Assembly: GCA_002269645.1 (NCBI GenBank)
Contig: NIVC01000771.1
Location: forward strand, 7,159 to 71,158
Direction of reading: 5' to 3'
DNA: 64,000 nt
Source: Macrostomum lignano
Taxonomy: Eukaryota
Below the pieces are notes generated by a model. It saw nothing but the letters and a program-made list of their open reading frames with translations. It was not told the DNA's origin and did no database searches. Made by a program: the position numbers and the translations under genes. Below are positions 39,047 to 53,232 of this stretch, piece by piece; the first letter of the stretch is position 1; every line of letters begins with the position of its first letter.

Positions 39047-42000
39047 ATGGCAGAGCGAGGGCCAATACCAATTCCTTACGATAAAGTAAGTAAAGTTTAA
39101 GTGAGCAAATACAAGCGTATTAATATTTGTAGGATAAATTAGTCGCGAAAACTCACTTACAATTTTGAACATGCAGCTTGCGTGCCTCAATTGCATTTGC
39201 ATGAACTCACTCAGCCGGACCCCACGAACCGGAGAAGCGTCGAAGACTCACCAGCCGATCTCAGGAATTTCGCCCACAACGTCATCCGAGGTGACTTCGG
39301 CCAGGTGCGGCGGCTGGCAACGCGCCAGCTGGTCTCCAGCGCTGATGCAGCTCGTCGGACCGTCCTCATGCTGGTGGCCGACGCTCCTGAGACTCCCGTG
39401 CAGACTGAAAAGTGCATCTTGTACTTATTTGAGCTGGGCGCGAACCCCAAGGCGGCTGACGCGAACGGCGACACGGCTGCGCACCTGGCAGCCCGGCGGG
39501 ACCACCTGCGGCTGCTGACGCTGCTGTCGTTCGATGATGCGAAGTGGCTGCGGAACAAAAACGGCGCCACTCCGCTGATGGAGGCGGCGCGGACTGGAAG
39601 CTGGAAATGCGCCAAGCACCTGCTGCACCTGCTCAGGCAGAGAAGGTTCAATGAGTGCCAGGAGCCCGGAAACTCGAAGAGGTCACGGCTGCTCGGACTG
39701 CAGGATCGCGAGGGTCGGATGGCGTCGGACCTGGCGAGGCTCAGCGGCCACTCAGAGCTGGCCAGCTACATCAAGCGGTGAGTGAGCAGTTCGCTGCTGT
39801 GTCCATCAAGCTTTGCAGCATTCGGCTGGGGTGGCCAGAGCTGCAGTCTCAGGCCAGCCAATCAGAGCCAGTCAGCTGAGCTTGTCTCTGTCTGACTGCT
39901 TGATGGGCGAGAGCTGTGATTGGCTGGCTGCCTCCCAGCCAATGGGGTGCCGGTTTATCTCAGTCGAGAATGGAAGCTGTAGGGCCTCGGTGTGCTGTGA
40001 GAGTGTGTGGGTTGAGCTGCAGATGGAGAACTGGGAGGCTGTGCATGAGTGCTTTGTGAGCCATTGTGAGATGGAAGGAAACTCATGTTGCAGAAATGGA
40101 AAATGAGCTGCGTGTGAGAAGTCGGATGCGCTCTCGCCAATGCTGATTGTTGCAGAGATGCTGCAGTCCTCTTGGAAACTCCATCTGCGAGCAGCTCAGA
40201 TAATCAGGAATTTCTGTTTACTTTATTTTCCTTAAAATTCTCTATATTGTTTTATATTTATAAAATTATATATTTGCGTTTATAGTTTTCGGATTTGAGA
40301 AAATTGCAAATTCGCTGCTCATTTTTGCTGTTGCAGAGAGATGTGGCTGGTTGTGGATGCAGATGGCGAGATCTCCGGCCTGACAGACCAGGTGAGCGGC
40401 ATCTGCGGTGCCGATGCGGCTGCAGCTGAGCAGCTGTGCTCAAATTTCCCGCTTGCCTTTGCAGGAGGAGGCGAATCTACGGAAACTGCAGCGGCTGGCC
40501 AAGGCGGGCGATTTGGCGGGGCTGCTGGAAGCGGCGATCCGCGGCAGCTGCGACCTGCCTGACAAATGGGGTCAAACCGCGTTGATGTGGGCAGCTCAGA
40601 ACAGCTCGTGCAGTGATGAGGCTCTGTGGAAGCAGCTGGTACAGCTGGGTGACCCCACCTGTGCGGATAGATCGGCTGACAGTTGCCTGCACCATGCAGC
40701 CGGGTCTGACAAATCTGCTGCAGCCTCCGCTCTGCTGGCTGCCGGAGCCTCCGCCAATGCCAGGGATCTGTGGAAATCCACGCCCCTTATGTGGGCAGCC
40801 GGCATTGCGCCCCCCGCCACCGCCGCCGCAGTCGGTCGGGTTCTGCTGGACTCAGGGGCGGATTGGAGCCTGAAGGACGTTGACGGCAAGACTGCGCTGG
40901 ATTGGGCCACACATAATGGAAAGAGCGAACTGGCTGAGCTGCTGCGTGGGTGAGTTTCCATGACGACTGAGAATGTCTCTCTGACTTTGATTTATCATTG
41001 ATAAACATTATGCTGTAATTTATGATTGAATATTGAGCAGCTGACTGCAGTTGCTCTGAGTGGGCATTTTTACATTTTTGTAGTTTAAATGGGCAGCAGA
41101 CACTGACTGAGCTGCATTGAGTGAGTTTGCAGTGCAGTTTGACTGCAGATTGCCAGTTGAATACAGTAGTAATACTTTAAATGCTAGCGATAGAGGCTAT
41201 AGAGCGAACACACAGCAATAGCACAATTATGTATTAAAAACGGTAATTTTACCTTTAAATAGTCAAATTAAAGTTTGTATTCATAAAGGACTGAAATTAT
41301 AAAGAAAATATACGGTCAATTTTTTAGATTTGAAGGAGTAATCTACTTCGATGAGACTCTGTGAGTTCGCTACAGCACACAGCTACAGCACACAGCTACA
41401 GCACACAGCTACAGCACACAGCTACAGCACACAGCTACAGCACACACAGCTACAGCACACACAGCTACAGCACACAGCTACAGCACACAGCTACAGCACA
41501 CACAGTTACAGCACACAGCTACAGCACACACAGCTACATGTACAGCACACACAGCTACAGCACACACAGCTATAGCACACACAGCTACAGCACACAGCTA
41601 CAGCACACAGCTACAGCACACACAGCTACAGCACACACAGCTACAGCACACAGCTACAGCACACACAGCTACATGTACAGCACACACAGCTACAGCACAC
41701 ACAGCTACAGCACACACACTTACAGCACACACAGCTACAGCACACAGCTACAGCACACAGCTACAGCACACACAGCTACAGCACACAGCTACAGCACACA
41801 CAGTTACAGCACACAGCTACAGCACACACAGCTACATGTACAGCACACACAGCTACAGCACACACACCTACAGCACACACACCTACAGCACACACAGCTA
41901 CAGCACACACAGCTGCAGCACACACAGCTACAGCTCACACAGCTACAGCATGCAAATTATCCCTTCATTGTCTAAATTTGCATCCCCTCAGACCCGCAGG

Positions 42001-42972
42001 CCCCCCGTTCCGGGAGCGCTGGGACGCCGTTCGCTTAATCGGCCGCGGAGGCTTCGGCGAAGTCCACGAAGTTCTCACCGACATGGGCGTCACGTGCGCT
42101 GCAAAGACCCTCAGACTGCCTATGCAGCTCGGTGATGAGCTGACCTCTGTGAGCTCAGAGATCCACAGAGCTGTCGAGAGCGAGAGAAACCTGTGCCGAC
42201 TGCGGCATCCCAACATCGTCAGGTTCTTGCACATCGCTCAGCCGGAGCCCGCCACAGTCGTTGTGTTCATGGAGCTGCTGGACGGCCGAAGCTTGGAGAG
42301 GTTTATCGACAACAGGCCGCGGGACGAGCCAAAGATTCGAGACTTCAGCGAGCAGGTGAGCATTGTGCATCCTTGATGCTCCTGTTCCATGTTCCCATGA
42401 ATGATGACTGCTCACTGACCGACCGCTCGCAGATCTGCCGCGCACTGCTCTACCTGCACAGCCGGCAGCCGCCCGTGATCCACAGAGACATCAACTGCTC
42501 GAACATAATTGTTCGTGCTGACAACACGCGAATCAAGCTGATCGACTTCGGCCTGTCAATCAAGCTGGAGCAGTCAGTCAGCCACATGTCAGCCTCTTCT
42601 CAGTCCTTGCCCAAAGGCACTCTGAACTTCATGGCGCCTGAGCTGCTCGGAGCGGGAGAGTCGGACAGCGTGCAGTACAGCAGAGAGTCGGACATCTGGG
42701 CGTTCGGCTGCTCGGTCTTCCAGATGGCGTCCGGCGCGAGGCCGTTCGCGAACGCCAAAAGCCTGTTAGAAATGGCCCAGCTGATCGACAGGAAGGGCGC
42801 CCACGCCCTGCCAGACGGCCGGTCCGCAGAGCTGAGGGATTTCTACAGCCGCTGCACCGCCAAGGACCGCAGGAGGAGAAAATCCGCACAGGAGCTGCTG
42901 GAGCACGAGTTCCTGACGGGTGGGAAGCTGAAACCGCGATTCCTGAGGTCGCTTTTCGGTGCAGGGCAATGA
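39047..42972 (+). CDS. Ankyrin-repeat Ser/Thr kinase gene 2, single ankyrin block, ~692 aa
   Basis: Exons 39047-39085, 39215-39777, 40337-40391, 40465-40949, 41328-41360, 41992-42355, 42433-42972. All GT-AG and phase-compatible (2079 nt). Catalytic loop HRDINCSN. Confidence 0.82.
41368..41950. repeat. (CAGCACACAGCTA)-type intronic microsatellite
   Basis: Same intron position as in gene 1. Confidence 0.95.
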
Positions 42973-43584
42973 TAGAATCTGAGCTGGTTGTTGTTTCAAC
43001 ATCATTCAAATTCGTCATCCGCACCCAAACATTATCAGCACCCCAAACTCAATGTTCCCACTAAATGCGTCTGCTATTGATGTGATTCTGCAGAGTCCCG
43101 CTTGAATTTCAGCAAACCCTTTTTGCTTTGGTTAGCATAGATTTGCGTTCACCAGCTGGTTGCTTTATGGTTTATTAGTACATTTTGCTTCCCTTGACCC
43201 AGATCGGTAAAACATAAAATGAAGTAAAATGAAGAACCTGCCAAATTCAAATATAAAATATTCATTTGTCACTATTCTTTCTAAATTTACTCTGCGATTG
43301 CGAGGGGCAAGAGGAGGGAGGGCAGTGCGAATGTCAGAGAGGCAGATGCTGACAATTCAGACTGACAGGTGGCTGATAAACAGCTGTTATACATGACCGC
43401 TTTCGAGTGGCCCGGACTGCCCAAGAGCTGAGATGTCACTGAGCAGTGCTTTGTAAGATGCTGAGAGACTCGAGGCTGAGCGCCCACCCCAAGCCTGAAA
43501 CACTCCGAAACGGGCAGCTGAGACGATGAGGTGCAAAGGAGCTGCCAAGAAATTCAGCATTTCATGAGAGCAGAAGGCGGTCAG

Positions 43585-44471
43585 GGGGGTGTTTTTGTGT
43601 TGCTGACGCACGCTTGTAGATTTAATTGACAAGTTACAAGTAGATGGGCAATCAACTGTAGTCTATGGTCGAGCTTATTCCATGTAGTGACAAATTGACT
43701 GCATGATTTTATCTCCCCGCTAAGGTCTTCTTTGTTGTCCAACTATACATTTCTTTAGATAAGCATGCCATTAACGAACGAAAACAAGCGACTTCTTTTA
43801 TCTCTAGTTCGATATCATAAAAGCGTATTGTTTGGAGAATTTAGCGCCATTGTTACTAAGGTCAACATCAAAGTCGAAATTTATCCTTTCCTTGAATGTT
43901 CGGGGACGCTGAATTGGATCCTCCGCATCGGAATCTTCTGAATCCGAATCGTAAAACATTTTTGCTCAATGCATGTGATATATGCTTTCAATCGATTACA
44001 AGCTTAAATAGCTCGTGGTTCACTACTCAACTTGTCACACATGAATTTACTATGACACTAGTCAATATTAGATTCTATGCAACAAACCGCTTGTAGCGCG
44101 ACTAGTCACTACACCTTTTCACGTTCAATTTTGAACAAAGTCCAGTTCTAAAAAACTAGCGGAAATTCAATTCAGACAATTCAGACTGGGGCAACAAAAC
44201 CCAGTTCAAAACATTCTGCTACGGAAGCGAGGTTTAGCCATAGACAAAATTGTCCCCAGTCTGAATTGTCTGAATTGAATTTCCGCTAGTTTTTTTAGAA
44301 CTGGACTTTGTTCAAAATTGAACGTGAAAAGGTGTACGAGCGTATTCACTTGTAGCTTGTCGCCTACTTGCAACTAGTCAAGTCTCTATGCAACATAAGT
44401 CACCATTCACTGTTCACTTGTCAAGCTTGTAGCTTGTAACTTGCGACTAATTAATTCTATGCAACACCCCC
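43585..44471 (-). mobile_element. Non-autonomous PIF/Harbinger-like DNA transposon
   Basis: Ends GGGGGTGTT...AACACCCCC with a 3-bp TSD CAG. The empty site cggtcagtaccgagg is at ~33395. An internal minus-strand remnant MFYDSDSEDSDAEDPIQRPRTFKERINFDFD resembles a Harbinger transposase N-terminus. Confidence 0.7.
44112..44334. mobile_element. MITE with ~80-bp TIRs and TA TSD (Tc1/mariner type), nested in the Harbinger-like element
   Basis: ta|CACCTTTTCACGTTCAATTTTGAAC...GTTCAAAATTGAACGTGAAAAGGTG|ta, with near-perfect arms. Confidence 0.92.
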
Positions 44472-47114
44472 CAGTGCGGAGGCCCAGAATAAAGTGGTTC
44501 TGAGCTCGCAGCCTCCAACAGCAGGCATTTGAATTTCTAATTAGCCAAGGTTTCTCAGTGCACTGGTTTTAGAGATGCACTTTTAGACAAAAGTTTTGTC
44601 TTTTAAGTCCCAGTCCCAACCTATAACTGGTTTCATTTTCCTGGCGCACCTCCAGCCATTGCTCAGCCTACTTCATACCTGCTGAATTTGCTCACCTATT
44701 TCGATGTCCTTGAAATATGGCCTAAAACTACTGATTTCCCATGACTCTCTGACCCAGCAAAAGTCCTAAAAAGCAATCCATGAAATCCTATCGATTGCAT
44801 TGTCTGCATAGTGTACAGGTATGCTGATTAGTATGCAGTGATTTTAGTTGATATCGGTACAGCTCCATTTGAAACCAATCCATTCTGCCAGAGAGCCTCA
44901 GAAGTTGGCCTTCATGGCTGAGAATCGCCTCAGGCCAATCGCACAGAATCAAACCACAGTACATGTATAAATGTTTCGCAAGAGGCAGCTGCTCAGCCCC
45001 TCAATATCAGTCTTGTGCTTAATCAGGTGTTTATCATTAAAGTGCAGCCGAGCTCTGGCAGCCCATCTCAATTCTGTCCAGCTCTCAGCCGCAGCAACTC
45101 ACTGCATTTTGCATTCCTGCCACCTGCAGCCAGCAGCAACAGACAGGCTTTGAGCCGCACTGAATGGCCTGAAAGCCATCAAATTCTGAGGTGCGAGCAT
45201 GGCAACAATGGCTTATTTATGACAAAACGCAGTCTTGAGCTGTAGGGAGCGGGTGGTTAGAGAGGCCAGCTCAACCTCAAGCAGTAACAGTGCTCGGTGT
45301 GTGTTGAGCAGTGAGCTGGGTGGAGCTGCATTGTAGCTGGACTTGTTTGTCTCAGGGGGTGCGGGGGGTTGGGTGGCTCGAGAGGCCGGTATGGGTTGAT
45401 TGCGAACTCGAGCAGTTTTCTCTTTGCCAGCTTTTATCTCGCAAGACTGCCGCACTGCAAGTGCTGAGCTGGGTTGGGCCGCTCCAGATGAAGCTTGGAG
45501 ATTTAATTAGCGATGAGGCTGCAGAGATGAGCAGCGCACACCTGAGCTGTCTGAGGCTGCAGTGGCGGCTGCTCCCGAATGAGTTGCAGCCCCAGCCTTG
45601 CACAATGGAGACTCTGCATTGTGCTTGAGCACCCTGCCTGCCCCTCACTGCACCTTCGCTTCTGTGCTCAGAGATGACGGGCGGAGGCTGGGCTGGCACT
45701 TTTAGTTTTTTTAGCTTTCTAGAAACTGAAGAAAACAAGCGTTTACTTGAGTCTGAGCTGGGATCTGATGGAGAATAGAGAAGCTGAGCTGGGATCTGAT
45801 GAAGAATAGAGAAGCTGAGCTGGGATCTGATGGAGAATAGAGAAGCTGAGCTGGGATCTGATGAAGAATAGAGAAGCTGAGCTGGGATCTGATGAAGAAT
45901 AGAGAAGCTGAGCTGGGATCTGATGGAGAATAAAGAAGCTGAGCTGGGATCTGATGAAGAATAGAGAAGCTCAGCTGGGATCTGATGGAGAATAGAGAAG
46001 CTGAGCAGGATCTGATGGAGAATAAAGAAGCTGAGCTGGGATCTGATGAAGAATAGAGAAGCTCAGCTGGGATCTGATGGAGAATAGAGAAGCTGAGCAG
46101 GATCTGATGGAGAATAGAGAAGCTGAGCAGGATCTGATGGAGAATAGAGAAGCTGAGCTGGGATCTGATGGAGAATAGAGAAGCTCAGCTGGGATCTGAT
46201 GGAGAATAGAGAAGCTGAGCTGGGATCTGATGGAGAATAGAGAAGCTCAGCTGGGATCTGATGGAGAATAGAGAAGCTGAGCTGGGATCTGATGAAGAAT
46301 AGAGAAGCTGAGCTGGGATCTGATGGAGAATAGAGAAGCTGAGCATATCTGATGGAGAACAGAGAAGCTGAGCAGGATCTGATGGAGAACAGAGAAGCTG
46401 AGCAGGATCTGATGGAGAATAGAGAAGCTGAGCTGGGATCTGATGGAGAATAGAGAAGCTGAGCTGTCCAGTTGACAATCTCAGCAGTGAAATGCTGAAG
46501 TGCCGGTCACCGAGTGCAAAATGCAATAAAAAGGCAGGCAGCCGCAGTGCACAGATGAACTGTGTGGAATCCAAAATCAGCCTGTATGTGAGTCCCGCAC
46601 TGCCCTGGGCAGGCACCGAGCTGGTGGCTAATGGAATCTGAGCTGTTCAAAAAATAGAGATGGGTGAGAGGGGATGGGTGAGAGGGGTATTTGTGAGAGG
46701 GGATGGGTGAGAGGGGATGGGTGATAGGGGATGGGTGAGAGGGGATGGGTGAGAGGGGATGGGTGAGAGGGGATGGGTGAGAGGGGATGGGTGAGAGGGG
46801 ATGGGTGAGAGGGGTATTTGTGAGAGGGAGATGGGTGATAGGGGATGGGTGAGAGGGGATGGGTGATAGGGGATGGGTGAGAGGGGATGGGTGATAGGGG
46901 ATGGGTGAGAGGGGATGGGTGAGAGGGGATGGGTGAGAGGGGAATTGGGCAGAGGGAGATGGGTGAGAGGGGTATTTGTGAGAGGGAGATGGGTGATAGG
47001 GGGATGGGTGATAGGGGATGGGTGAGAGGGGATGGGTGAGAGGGAGATGGGTGATAGGGGGATGGGTGATAGGGGATGGGTGAGAGGGGAGGGGTGAGAG
47101 GGAGATGGGTGATA

Positions 47115-47560
47115 GGGCGATGGACTTCTTCTTCTCGGCCTCTTGCTCGATGTCGTTCAGGCCTGATAGTTCCTCGAAAGCCTCCCACAACTGCTTCCAT
47201 TGTGGGAATACGGCCTTCTGTGATTCGAGGTCGAAGTGTGGGGCGCTTTTTAAGTCAATTTTCGGCTTTGGAGGCATTTCTACAGGAACGCCCCAGAACA
47301 ATTGCAGCTCTGCAATCTTGCTCTTGCTTAGCCTTGACTTCTTATTCGTGGGCTTCTTCTCTGGCTGCTTGCGAAGCCATGTTATATATCGCGAAGCCGA
47401 GAGGGTTATATCTTCTATAGCGCGCGGTCTGAAGAAACTAAAGCTCAGAGGGCGTGGCCGTCTCTCTAGGCCGTCACGTGTATTTATACCATAGACAGTA
47501 ATATTCATACGAGTATAGCCCAAGCTTCAGTGTCACACACATGCATATGCACACATACAC
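47115..47560 (-). mobile_element. Gypsy-type gag N-terminal fragment inserted in the 15-bp minisatellite
   Basis: MPPKPKIDLKSAPHFDLESQKAVFPQWKQLWEAFEELSGLNDIEQEAEKKKSIA resembles the PxFDL...FxxWKxxW gag start. Absent from the paralogous block. Confidence 0.6.
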
Positions 47561-50469
47561 AACAATGGGTGAGAGGGAGATGGGTGAAAGGTAGATTGTG
47601 AGACAACACACAATAAAGACAGTAAATTGGTTATGGCACATGAGTAATGGCTGTGTGCATGAGATACCAGTATGGGTTATGACGCATGAGTACAGCTCCC
47701 TGAAAGATGATTGTCAGTCAGGACAAGCCACACGGTCTGCTAGACTGTTTCTAATGCTCAAAGGGTAATTCAAAGTTGTTTAAAATAATAAATCAGTATT
47801 CAATTATCAGTTTTATCGCCTCAAAAAAGCTTTGCATCGCACACAAAATCTGATTGCATTTGGTTGTTGCATGCTGTGAGCAGGACTGCTCAAGCTCGCA
47901 GCTAAACAAAACCCGAGCTGAGCGAGCAGTTGCTACAAAATGCAACAAATGCTTGACAAGCCAGTTTTTTTACAAGCCAAAGGCAGGACAATGAAACCGA
48001 TGGAGAGGCGGACTCGAATATGCAATAAAGTTGAATTTTTACAGGTGCGCAACAAAACAGAAGCTGAGCAGAAAGGGAGAGAGAGAGGGAGAGAGAAAGA
48101 GAGAGAGATGCAGAGTGAAGTGCACCGAAAAGAAGCTGGAAAATTCCAAAACTGAGCGCCCACCCCGAGAGCCCGAGAGCCCAGACTCAAGGCAATGCAA
48201 GAGGCCTGTGACTCGCTTTTGAGTAAAATAATCTGGCATAGCGAATCTTCAGGTGCAGACAAATTTTCGGATAAATTCCATACAGCCCGGCTTTTACGAC
48301 CAATTATTTTCTTAAGAGTACTATGAGTAGCTTACTGTAAGCGATATTGTTTTCGGAGATTTGAAAGTATTTTTGGACTGGCAGACAAATACAATATATC
48401 TCCGAGAGGGCTAAACAAGCGATGCATAGAGATTGATGGCAGCTGCTGTACCGTGTTTTAGTCACGCTTTTGGAGGTGTTGTGGGTGTCCGATCAGTTGC
48501 CATATTGGCCCCCCATTGGCCAGCGATCAAACTTGCACTCTCTCCCTGCCCCTCACCCTACATCCCAGCCTGTTTCTCTCTCCCTGCCCCTCACCCTACC
48601 TCTAAACTCCAAATTATGGGTGCGAGGCTCGCATCTGAAAACCCGCAGTGCCGAATATCCAAGGCAGCGAATTTTACAGTCAACGAGACGCACAGGCGCA
48701 ATGCAAAGCAGTGAATGCTTTGAGTGGGGCAGGGTTGGCGCTCAAGCAGTTTGTCTCTGTGCCGCTGTGAGGCAGCCATCAACCCCCTCCCCCTCCCAAA
48801 GCATTCGCTGCGAGTCTTCTTTTGTCACGCGTTCGCAGGCTGCTGGCTCGGCCCTCAAGCCTCAGCTTCGCCATTGTCCTCTGGGCATTGAGCTCGGCTG
48901 GTCTGGAGCTGCTTGGACAGCTGGGGTCGGGGCGAGTAGAGGCTTTGTTGTTCCGCTCCGGTGTGAGCGTAAGTACAGCGCACAGCCCCAACCCCAGCCC
49001 TCAACTCATGGCTGGGCGCCGCACAGATGAAGGAGAGACAGAAGAAGATGCAGAGGCCGCACACAGCAGCCCAGCTGCACACAGCGGTGCCTCATCAACT
49101 CTGCCCCATTGTCCAAAAGCCCTGCACAAATTTCACCAGCTGTGCACCTCTGCCTCTCCTTGCCGAATGAGCTCAGCATCTCTGCTGCATCAGTTTGAGC
49201 TTCTGGTGCTCATTCTGAGCTCCGACAGATGAAGAGCGAATGGAGGCTGGGAGAGGCAGAGAGCGGCTGCGAATTTACTGATGCAGCTGTTGAGAGACTG
49301 TTGCTAATTAAGGAAACAGGTGGGAGACTGTTGCTAATTAAGGACACAGGTGGGAGACTGTTGCTAATTAAGGAAACAGGTGGGAGACTGTTGCTAATTA
49401 AGGAAACAGGTGGGAGACTGTTGCAAATTAAGGAAACAGGTGGGAGACTGTTGCTAATTAAGGAAACAGGTGGGGAGACTGTTGCTAATTAAGGAAACAG
49501 GTGAGAGACTGTTGCTAATTAAGGAAACAGGTGGGAGACTGTTGCTAATTAAGGACACAGGTGGGAGACTGTTGCTAATTAAGGTAACAGGTGGGAGACT
49601 GTTGCTAATTAAGGAAACAGGTAGGGGCGAGCGGAGCGCAGAGAAACTCGAAATGAGCGGCCCAGCAACTGAGCTGAGTGAGAAATTCTCAGAGACTTGC
49701 GGTTGCCAGCCTGCTGCAGGGGAAGGAGATGGGTGAGAGGGAGATGGGTGAGAGGGAAATGGGTGAGAGGGAGATGGGTGAGAGGGAGATGGGTTAGACG
49801 GAGATGAGTGAGAGGGAGATGGGTGAGAGGGAGATGGGTGAGATGGAGATGGGTGAGAGGGGGTATGGGTAAGAGAGATATGAGTGAGAGGGAGATGGTT
49901 GAGAGGGATATGAGTGAGAGGGAGATGTGTGAGAGGGAGATGGGTGAGAGGGAGATGGGTGAGAGGGAGATGGGTGAGAGGGAGATGGGTGAGAGGGAGA
50001 TGGGTGAGAGGGAGATGGGTGAGACGGAGATGAGTGAGAGGGAGATGGGTGAGAGGGAGATGGGTGAGAGGGAAATGGGTGAGAGAGAAATGGGTGAGAG
50101 GGGGATGGGTGAGAGGGAGATGAGTGAGAGGGAGATGAGTGAGAGGGAAATGGGTGAGAGGGAGATGGGTGAGAGGGAGATGGGTGAGAGGGAGATGAGT
50201 GAGAGGGAGATGAGTGAGAGGGAAATGGGTGAGAGGGAGATGGGTGAGAGGGAGATGGGTGAGAGGGAAATGGGTGAGAGGGAGATGGGTGAGAGGGAGA
50301 TGAGTGAGAGGGAAATGGGTGAGAGGGAGATGGGTGAGAGGGAGATGGGTGAGAGGGAGATGGGTGAGAGGGAGATGAGTGAGAGGGAGATGGGTTAGAG
50401 GGATATGGATGAGAGAGAGAGATGGTTGATAGGTAGATAGGTGAGTGGAAGATAAAAAATGAGAGTGAT

Positions 50470-50830
50470 GAGAAGACATGAGAAAGACCATGATGAGACG
50501 CGATAAAAGCCATGAGAAGACATGAGAAAGACCATGATGAGACGCGATAAAAGCCATGAGAAGACATGAGAAAGACCATGATGAGACGCGATAAAAGCCA
50601 TGAGAAGACATGAGAAAGACCATGATGAGACGCGATAAAAGCCATGAGAAGACATGAGAAAGACCATGATGAGACGCGATAAAAGCCATGAGAAGACATG
50701 AGAAAGACCATGATGAGACGCGATAAAAGCCATGAGAAGACATGAGAAAGACCATGATGAGACGCGATAAAAGCCATGAGAAGACATGAGAAAGACCATG
50801 ATGAGACGCGATAAAACCCATGAGAAGACA
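50470..50830. repeat. 44-bp tandem repeat (dimer of a 22-bp unit)
   Basis: Unit catgagaagacatgagaaagaccatgatgagacgcgataaaagc. Confidence 0.95.
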
Positions 50831-51569
50831 TGCAGACAGCTCAGGATTATGAATAAATAAGTGAGCACTTATAAACGCAATGGATAATCATATCAGATAT
50901 TTATACAATGGAAATGTACATGTCAATAGCTGGAGTTGAACATTGAGCTGCCGCGAGAGAAATGAATTAACATTTAATTAGTAAAGTCAGAGCGCTAAAC
51001 AACAATATAAACAAGTCAGCATATTTTACATAAAAATACATCTAAACATTGTGCAGGTAACAAGTGCCAGTGCAAAATATGAAAACAGGCCGTTAAGAAG
51101 GTAATTTATGACGCGAATATGCACAATTCTAATGGATTAATACATTGCTATTTTTAACCGACAATTGATAGACTACTACTGAAAATGTTGGCAGTAGTAT
51201 AAACAAAAAACTACTTGAAAATAATGTAAAAAATAAGTATGCAACTGGGTGACTTCAGAGCAGCACAAATATTCATGACAAATTTTGTTAACAAATTCTT
51301 TCATAATATAAACAGGACCCATTCACCCTGCTGCACAAACTCAAATGTAAAATATTCAATATTCAATAAATATTTAGCAATAAAATTTTTAAAATTAATT
51401 GGCAGACGGCCCGGCAGTGCAAATTTCAGATTAAAAACTGTGCAAGGAAACGGCACTACTAAAAACATGAGTAGCAATGATGCAATGCACCTTCAGGACC
51501 TGCGAATGCATTCATATGGGCGTTTTGCAGTGGCTGATTGGACACAAATTATTGAAATTGCAATCAATT

Positions 51570-51945
51570 GGAGGCTGGCCCAGCAACTGGGATCTGGGAG
51601 GCTGGCCCAGCAACTGGGATCTGGGAGGCTGGCCCAGCAACTGGGATCTGGGAGGCTGGCCCAGCATCTGGGATCTGGGAGGCTGGCCCAGCAACTGGGA
51701 TTCAGCAAAGCGAATGCAATAATGAAGCTATATAATTAAGCTCCCATAGCAACCCCCATGGCAATGTGCTGCGATCCCCATAACGCTGCACCGAGCAGCC
51801 ATATGAAACGCACTCAAACTGAGCAGCCATATGAAACGCACTCAAACTGAGCAGCCATATGAAACGCACTCAAACTGAGCAGCCATATGAAACGCACTCA
51901 AACTGAGCAGCCATATGAAACGCACTCAAACTGAGCAGCCATATC
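51570..51945. repeat. Two short arrays: 27-bp x~5 (51570-51700) and 28-bp x~5 (51793-51945)
   Basis: Units gaggctggcccagcaactgggatctgg and gagcagccatatgaaacgcactcaaact. Confidence 0.92.
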
Positions 51946-51957
51946 ACTCAAAGGCAG

Positions 51958-52450
51958 TCAGGAGCTCCTGCCTGTCCCATCCAGCAGCCGCTTGAGTCTT
52001 TGGTGCTCCGCCGGCTCCAGGAAGCCGATGAGCACGCGGTCCATGATGCGCACCGGGTGCCGCAGGAAGCCGAACACCCGCACGCTGCCGGGGGGCCGCA
52101 GCCGCACCGGCGGGTTGTTGCGGATCCGCCGGCTCCACCGCGATGCCTTCGCCACGGCGGCCTCGGTGGCCAGCCGCTGCTCGTCAACGTCTCTGGTCTG
52201 CAGGCTCACCTGGCGGAGCGCCGACAGGTCGAACTCGCGGCCGCGCTCGTCGCAGAAGAAGCTGAAGCTGGCCAGCGGCAGCAGGTGCGGCGCCAGGCTG
52301 ACCCGGCGGGACTTGGCCTCCCGGCTCAGGCAGCCGTGCGGGTCCGCTCGACCGCCGCTGCTTCGCTCTCCGATGAACTGCCGTCTGACCTCGTCGTCGC
52401 TCAGCGTCGTCTCCGACACCGTCTCGAAGACGGCGACGCTCGGCGTATTA
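51958..52450 (-). CDS. Putative coding exon of unknown product
   Basis: GC-rich open frame of >150 codons with host-like codon style (…SETTLSDDEVRRQFIGE…FGFLRHPVRIMDRVL…). No family recognised. Confidence 0.35.
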
Positions 52451-52887
52451 GGGGAGACGGATGGTAGGTCGCTGGTTTGAATCTTCGATATTCGGGATGC
52501 TGACGCTCCGCTCCAGCAAATGATGCAGAATGAGAGCAGCGAGGTGTCACTGACTGAGGTGGCAATGCTAAATATTGGAATAAAATATTGCTCACATTTT
52601 CATCGCACCTCTAGAATGACCAGCTCATTAAGAATGTTGCCGCTAAAATTAGCAATAAGAGCTCATTCTGGAGCTGAGCACGCCATGAACTCATGAAAAA
52701 CTTATTTCTATAATTTCCGGTTTCGAAGTTCGGTTTCAAATTTTTAAGTTCTGGTTTTAAAATTTATTAGTTAACTTCCGTGGTGTGACAAAGGTTAGAC
52801 AACCTCGTCCCAGTCTCATCCCAACTCCAAGTCCTAGTCTCTGTCTACCCCAGTCTCATCTCCAGTCCCAGCCCCAGCCCATTAGAA

Positions 52888-53232
52888 AAGCCATGAGAAG
52901 ACACGAGAAAAGCCATGAGAAGACACGAGAAAAGCCATGAGAAGACACGAGAAAAGCCATGAGAAGACACGAGAAAAGCCATGAGAAGACACGAGAAAAG
53001 CCACGAGAAGACACGAGAAAAGCCATGAGAAGACACGAGAAAAGCCACGAGAAGACACGAGAAAAGCCATGAGAAGACACGAGAAAAGCCACGAGAAGAC
53101 ACGAGAAAAGCCATGAGAAGACACGAGAAAAGCCATGAGAAGACACGAGAAAAGCCACGAGAAGACACGAGAAAAGCCATGAGAAGACACGAGAAAAACC
53201 ATGAGAAGACACGAGAAAAGCCATGAGAAGAC
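52888..53232. repeat. 22-bp tandem repeat (gagaagacacgagaaaagccat)
   Basis: Direct reading. Confidence 0.95.
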
